Part shown: piece after piece, positions 34,408-37,722 of the stretch | How the letters are laid out: every line of letters starts with the position of its first letter | How positions within the stretch are numbered: the first letter of the stretch is position 1 | NCBI GenBank assembly: GCA_020536535.1 | Contig: JAHLWZ010000598.1 | Coordinates: forward strand, 1-37,722 | Direction of reading: 5' to 3' | Length of the DNA stretch: 37,722 nt | From: Pelomyxa schiedti | Lineage: Eukaryota > Protista > Evosea | The notes under the pieces: model-generated | Databases searched by the model: none | What the model was told of the DNA's origin: nothing | What the model saw: only the letters and a program-made list of their open reading frames with translations | Translations under genes and position numbers: made by a program

Positions 34408-35795
34408 CTACAGCTCTGCCTTGCCATTTTCAAAGCTGGAAACAGCTACCTTGGAATGTGGAGGGAGGTTGGTGAGGTGCATGAGAAGTACCCCTGTTGA
34501 GGCCCCTGTCACGTGTATCTCTGTGCCCTTCTGCCTGATTTGGTGGTGGAACAAAAATCCACGTTCCGCTGTGACGAAGGGCTGCGCACCATCACGATGA
34601 TCGCAAGAAATTGGGATTGGACCTGCCTGGATATTTGTTGAATCCCACAGCTGGTACTCTGCTGTCAGTGACACACAGAACATGGTGTCATCCAGCTGCG
34701 ACAACCTCAGTACATTCTTGGAGATGATTGAACCCCAGGAGGCAGTGCCCTCTTCCCTGACAATCACCTTTCTTCTGAGCAACGTAATTAACAACCGGTT
34801 GCCACTGTGTGTCCCATTGTTGAAGACGAGCACATTTTCAATTGCCGAGTACATGCTGGGTTTTCGGATTCCCCATGAAGTCTCACTCAGAACTCTGGCA
34901 AATCCAGTCAGGAATGACTCTGCAAGATCAACGGCAACCATGGTGAAGCCCTCGACCACCATCACTGCCTCGTCTTCATTGCTCTTGTTGAAGAACACTG
35001 AGACAAGTTGGTTGTCGTACAGTGCTCTCATTCTCTCCCCACTCTCAGACACTGGAATACGCTTCGCAGAGCAGTCAGAGAGCCTGACCAGTCTGAAGCC
35101 TCTCAATCCCATGCAACTGTGCACCATCCACTTGCAGTTTGCTGACCCCACATCAAATGCCCCCTCCTTGTGGATCAGTAGCTCACTGCCTTTGTTTCCG
35201 CCCTCGCCATCATCTGTCACCACAGAAGGCACCCTCAACAAAAAAGAAGACGCAGCAATGGAAAACACCATCTCGCACACGCCATTCACCACCATTCCCG
35301 TCCCAACCCCGTGCTTGTTGTTGCTGCTTTCAGGCGCGATGTTGGTCAATAAGGTGTCCCTGATTGGCGCAACAGACATGGCCTCGTAGTGAAGCACTCC
35401 ATCGTGATCCCACTCAAACACAGAGACTGATGATGCTGTTGATTGTGATGGTGGCCACGAACGGCCACTGTTGGGCCTGAAGCAGATAGTGCCCAACAAA
35501 GTGGACACACAAAACGACGTGAGAATGATGTGCCGGTTGCGGAGCGAATCGACGTCGAGTGATGTGACAGTCACACCAATGGTCGACATTTGTGTTGCGT
35601 CAGGAGATCCCACAATTGGATGAGAAGCGCGGGCTGGGAGGTCATGAGGCGCGCGGGGCTGCGCGCGCCGCAACGGCTGTGGGACGACGTGGCCAGCGCG
35701 GCGAACTGGTCACGTGCACTCAGGTGAACAACAATTGTGGGTTGTCCTTGCGGTTGCGGGAGGTGTGGCACTGTTCGTGTCGTGGACGACGCCAT
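34408..35795 (-). pseudogene. 'ARDQF...CGARSPAR' family gene with a frameshift near 35590
   Basis: N-terminal motif SARDQFAALATSSHSRCGARSPARL is in a frame ending at 35571; the body (VSTLLGT, ANCKW, FFNKSNEDEA, AERGFLF) is in another frame. Confidence 0.6.
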
Positions 35796-35866
35796 CACGT
35801 TTTTTTTTTTGTGTGAAAGGGAAAAAAACCCCTTTAAAGGCAACCTTCAAGGTAGTAAAAGAAATG

Positions 35867-35974
35867 TTACTGCTTCCCAGCGTTCAGAATTCTGAGTTGG
35901 GCAATGGCATCAGTATTACCAAGGGAAGCTGCCCTCAGCCACAGTCTCTGTGCCTGATGAATGTCCTTGGCAAA
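35867..35974 (-). CDS. C-terminal fragment of a Sel1-like repeat protein (rest lost in the gap)
   Basis: AKDIHQAQRLWLRAASLGNTDAIAQL fits the Sel1 consensus kD..kA..w..kAA..Gn..A. Confidence 0.6.
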   Translation of the reverse strand, partial: FAKDIHQAQRLWLRAASLGNTDAIAQLRILNAGKQ

Positions 35975-36074
35975 NNNNNNNNNNNNNNNNNNNNNNNNNN
36001 NNNNNNNNNNNNNNNNNNNNNNNNNNNNNNNNNNNNNNNNNNNNNNNNNNNNNNNNNNNNNNNNNNNNNNNNNN

Positions 36075-37722
36075 CATAAAGTGTTTGCAGCTCGAAACAA
36101 CTTTGGCAGGAAGCTTTATACGATTCAGTGCCTCGGCCCTGAGACGGGCAACCTCAGCACTGAGGAACTGATTTGTGGCAGTTGTTCCCCCCATCTGCAA
36201 TGACGAGTATTGCAGCTGCGATGTCAACACTTCAATTTGGCGTTGCTTTCTTTCCAGCTCTGTATTCAAAACTGCAATTTGCTCTTGTTTTCTTGCCAGC
36301 TGTACTCTAAGTTCGGAACAGCTCTCTTCGTTGTGAGGCGCCTGTTGGTGGGATGTTTGGTATTGTACTGACGCAAAGTTGTTGTCAAGGACTTCCTTGA
36401 GTGCGGGGATGTTGATGTGGTGTGTGATGTGAGTCGCAGAGAGGCATGGTTTCATTGCTCCCGATGCCACAAGCTGTGTGCACTCCCAGACTGTTTCCTT
36501 CAGCTTCTTGTCTGCTGCAATCAGGCTCACAACGTCGCTGTACTTTACGGTTTCGTGTGCTCTGGTGATGGTTCTTTTGTGTGTGGACATGCACACCTCG
36601 AGGCACTCTTTGTGTTCTTTTACATGTGATCCTGTAGTTTTGATGAAACACTATGGTGAGAAGAAAAAATAGATACTAATCAGGGATGAAAGCGAATTGC
36701 AGTCTGCAGACACTTCACTAACCTTTTGCCTCATTGTCTGGCAAATTGAGGCTAGTTCTGTGTCAACATTGGAGGCAATCGACTGGAGCAACTGTTCAGT
36801 CTTCAAAACCGAATCATCACAGGTCCTGATTGCTTCGTTTTCAAGTGCAACTGTTTCTTCAAGTTTGGAAATGGAACCTGCATAAAAACAATCAGACTTA
36901 AACATGTTTTTGGGTACACACCCAGAATGGATTCGTAGAGCAGGCTTCATCAAGTGGGACACACTTGTGAGTAGAGTGCAAAGAACTGACGTGGCACAAG
37001 TAGCATATCGGCTCGTTTTCCTCCAGGCAGAACATATCAAGGGCCTTTGTTGGGTGTTTTGGGCATTGGTGATACACATCCACAAGTGGTGATGTGGTTG
37101 TGATTGGGTCTCCCTGTTATAAGAGGGGGGAAAGCCATAAGATAGAAAAGAAATATAAAGCAAAACACTGAATTCTCATCCATGCAATACCCAAGTGTGC
37201 ACACACTCTCCCCCTCCACAAATGTTAGAAATGCTGTATATGATACCATCATTACAGTTGGCACGCCCCCTTGTGCTTCTTTCATCAGGTAATCACGAGC
37301 AGATGAATCAGGGACGAGGGTCGACACATCACGCACCCTCTTTGATGTTGCACCACACCCTGCCACTGGGCACTCGACAACAACCGCGGGAAGCCGAGAT
37401 TCAACATCCACAGCGACACCCGTGGTGCCTGTGATATATAGTCATCATCATGAGATCATCTATTCTCCTAACAGGGAGAGAGACAAGGTACTTTATTTTA
37501 CCTGGTTGGACTGGCACGGTCAAGCTTGTCACTGTTGATGAAACAGACTGGGGAGCAGATTCAGACAGGTTTTTGAGCTGCGCCACGCACGCGATGTGGC
37601 GGTAGCACCCTCGGCACACAACGTGGCCGCACGACGACGCCGATGTCAATGACACGGATGGCGGAGCGGTTGGTGATGCAGTCGAAGGGAACAACACAGG
37701 GTCAATTATGGGACAGCCGAGG
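36075..37722 (-). pseudogene. TRIM-like copy 3, near-identical to 8895-10661, with B-box1 deletion and a frameshift; truncated by gap and window end
   Basis: 105-bp deletion (equivalent to 9995-10099) and 7-bp deletion (CGAATCA) at about 36935. Confidence 0.7.

Noticed and set aside
1-37722. CRISPR arrays, rRNA, tRNA, prokaryotic operons, RT or transposase genes
   Set aside because: None recognisable; the sequence is intron-rich eukaryotic DNA

Overview
Gene-dense eukaryotic DNA with many short (about 40-55 nt) spliceosomal introns and three 100-N scaffold gaps (4588-4687, 7314-7413, 35975-36074). The intron style and the recurring intronless 'ARxQFxA...RCGxxSPAR' family suggest an amoebozoan, probably an archamoeba such as Pelomyxa (inference, not verified). 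Manual splicing recovers genes the ORF track fragments. These are a MORN-coiled-coil-RING gene, two Rab32/38-like copies, three TRIM-like RING/B-box/coiled-coil genes, a WW-WW-C4C4 RING-WW-Rho GTPase fusion, a C2-LamG gene, a ~10 kb USP9X/24/34-like gene whose catalytic Cys is Ser, and two secreted proteins. The most notable gene is a Rho-like GTPase-F-box-Hint (Vint-type) fusion that may self-cleave. The window also holds segmental duplications, a scrambled gene remnant and a small palindromic element in two copies. All gene models are by eye.
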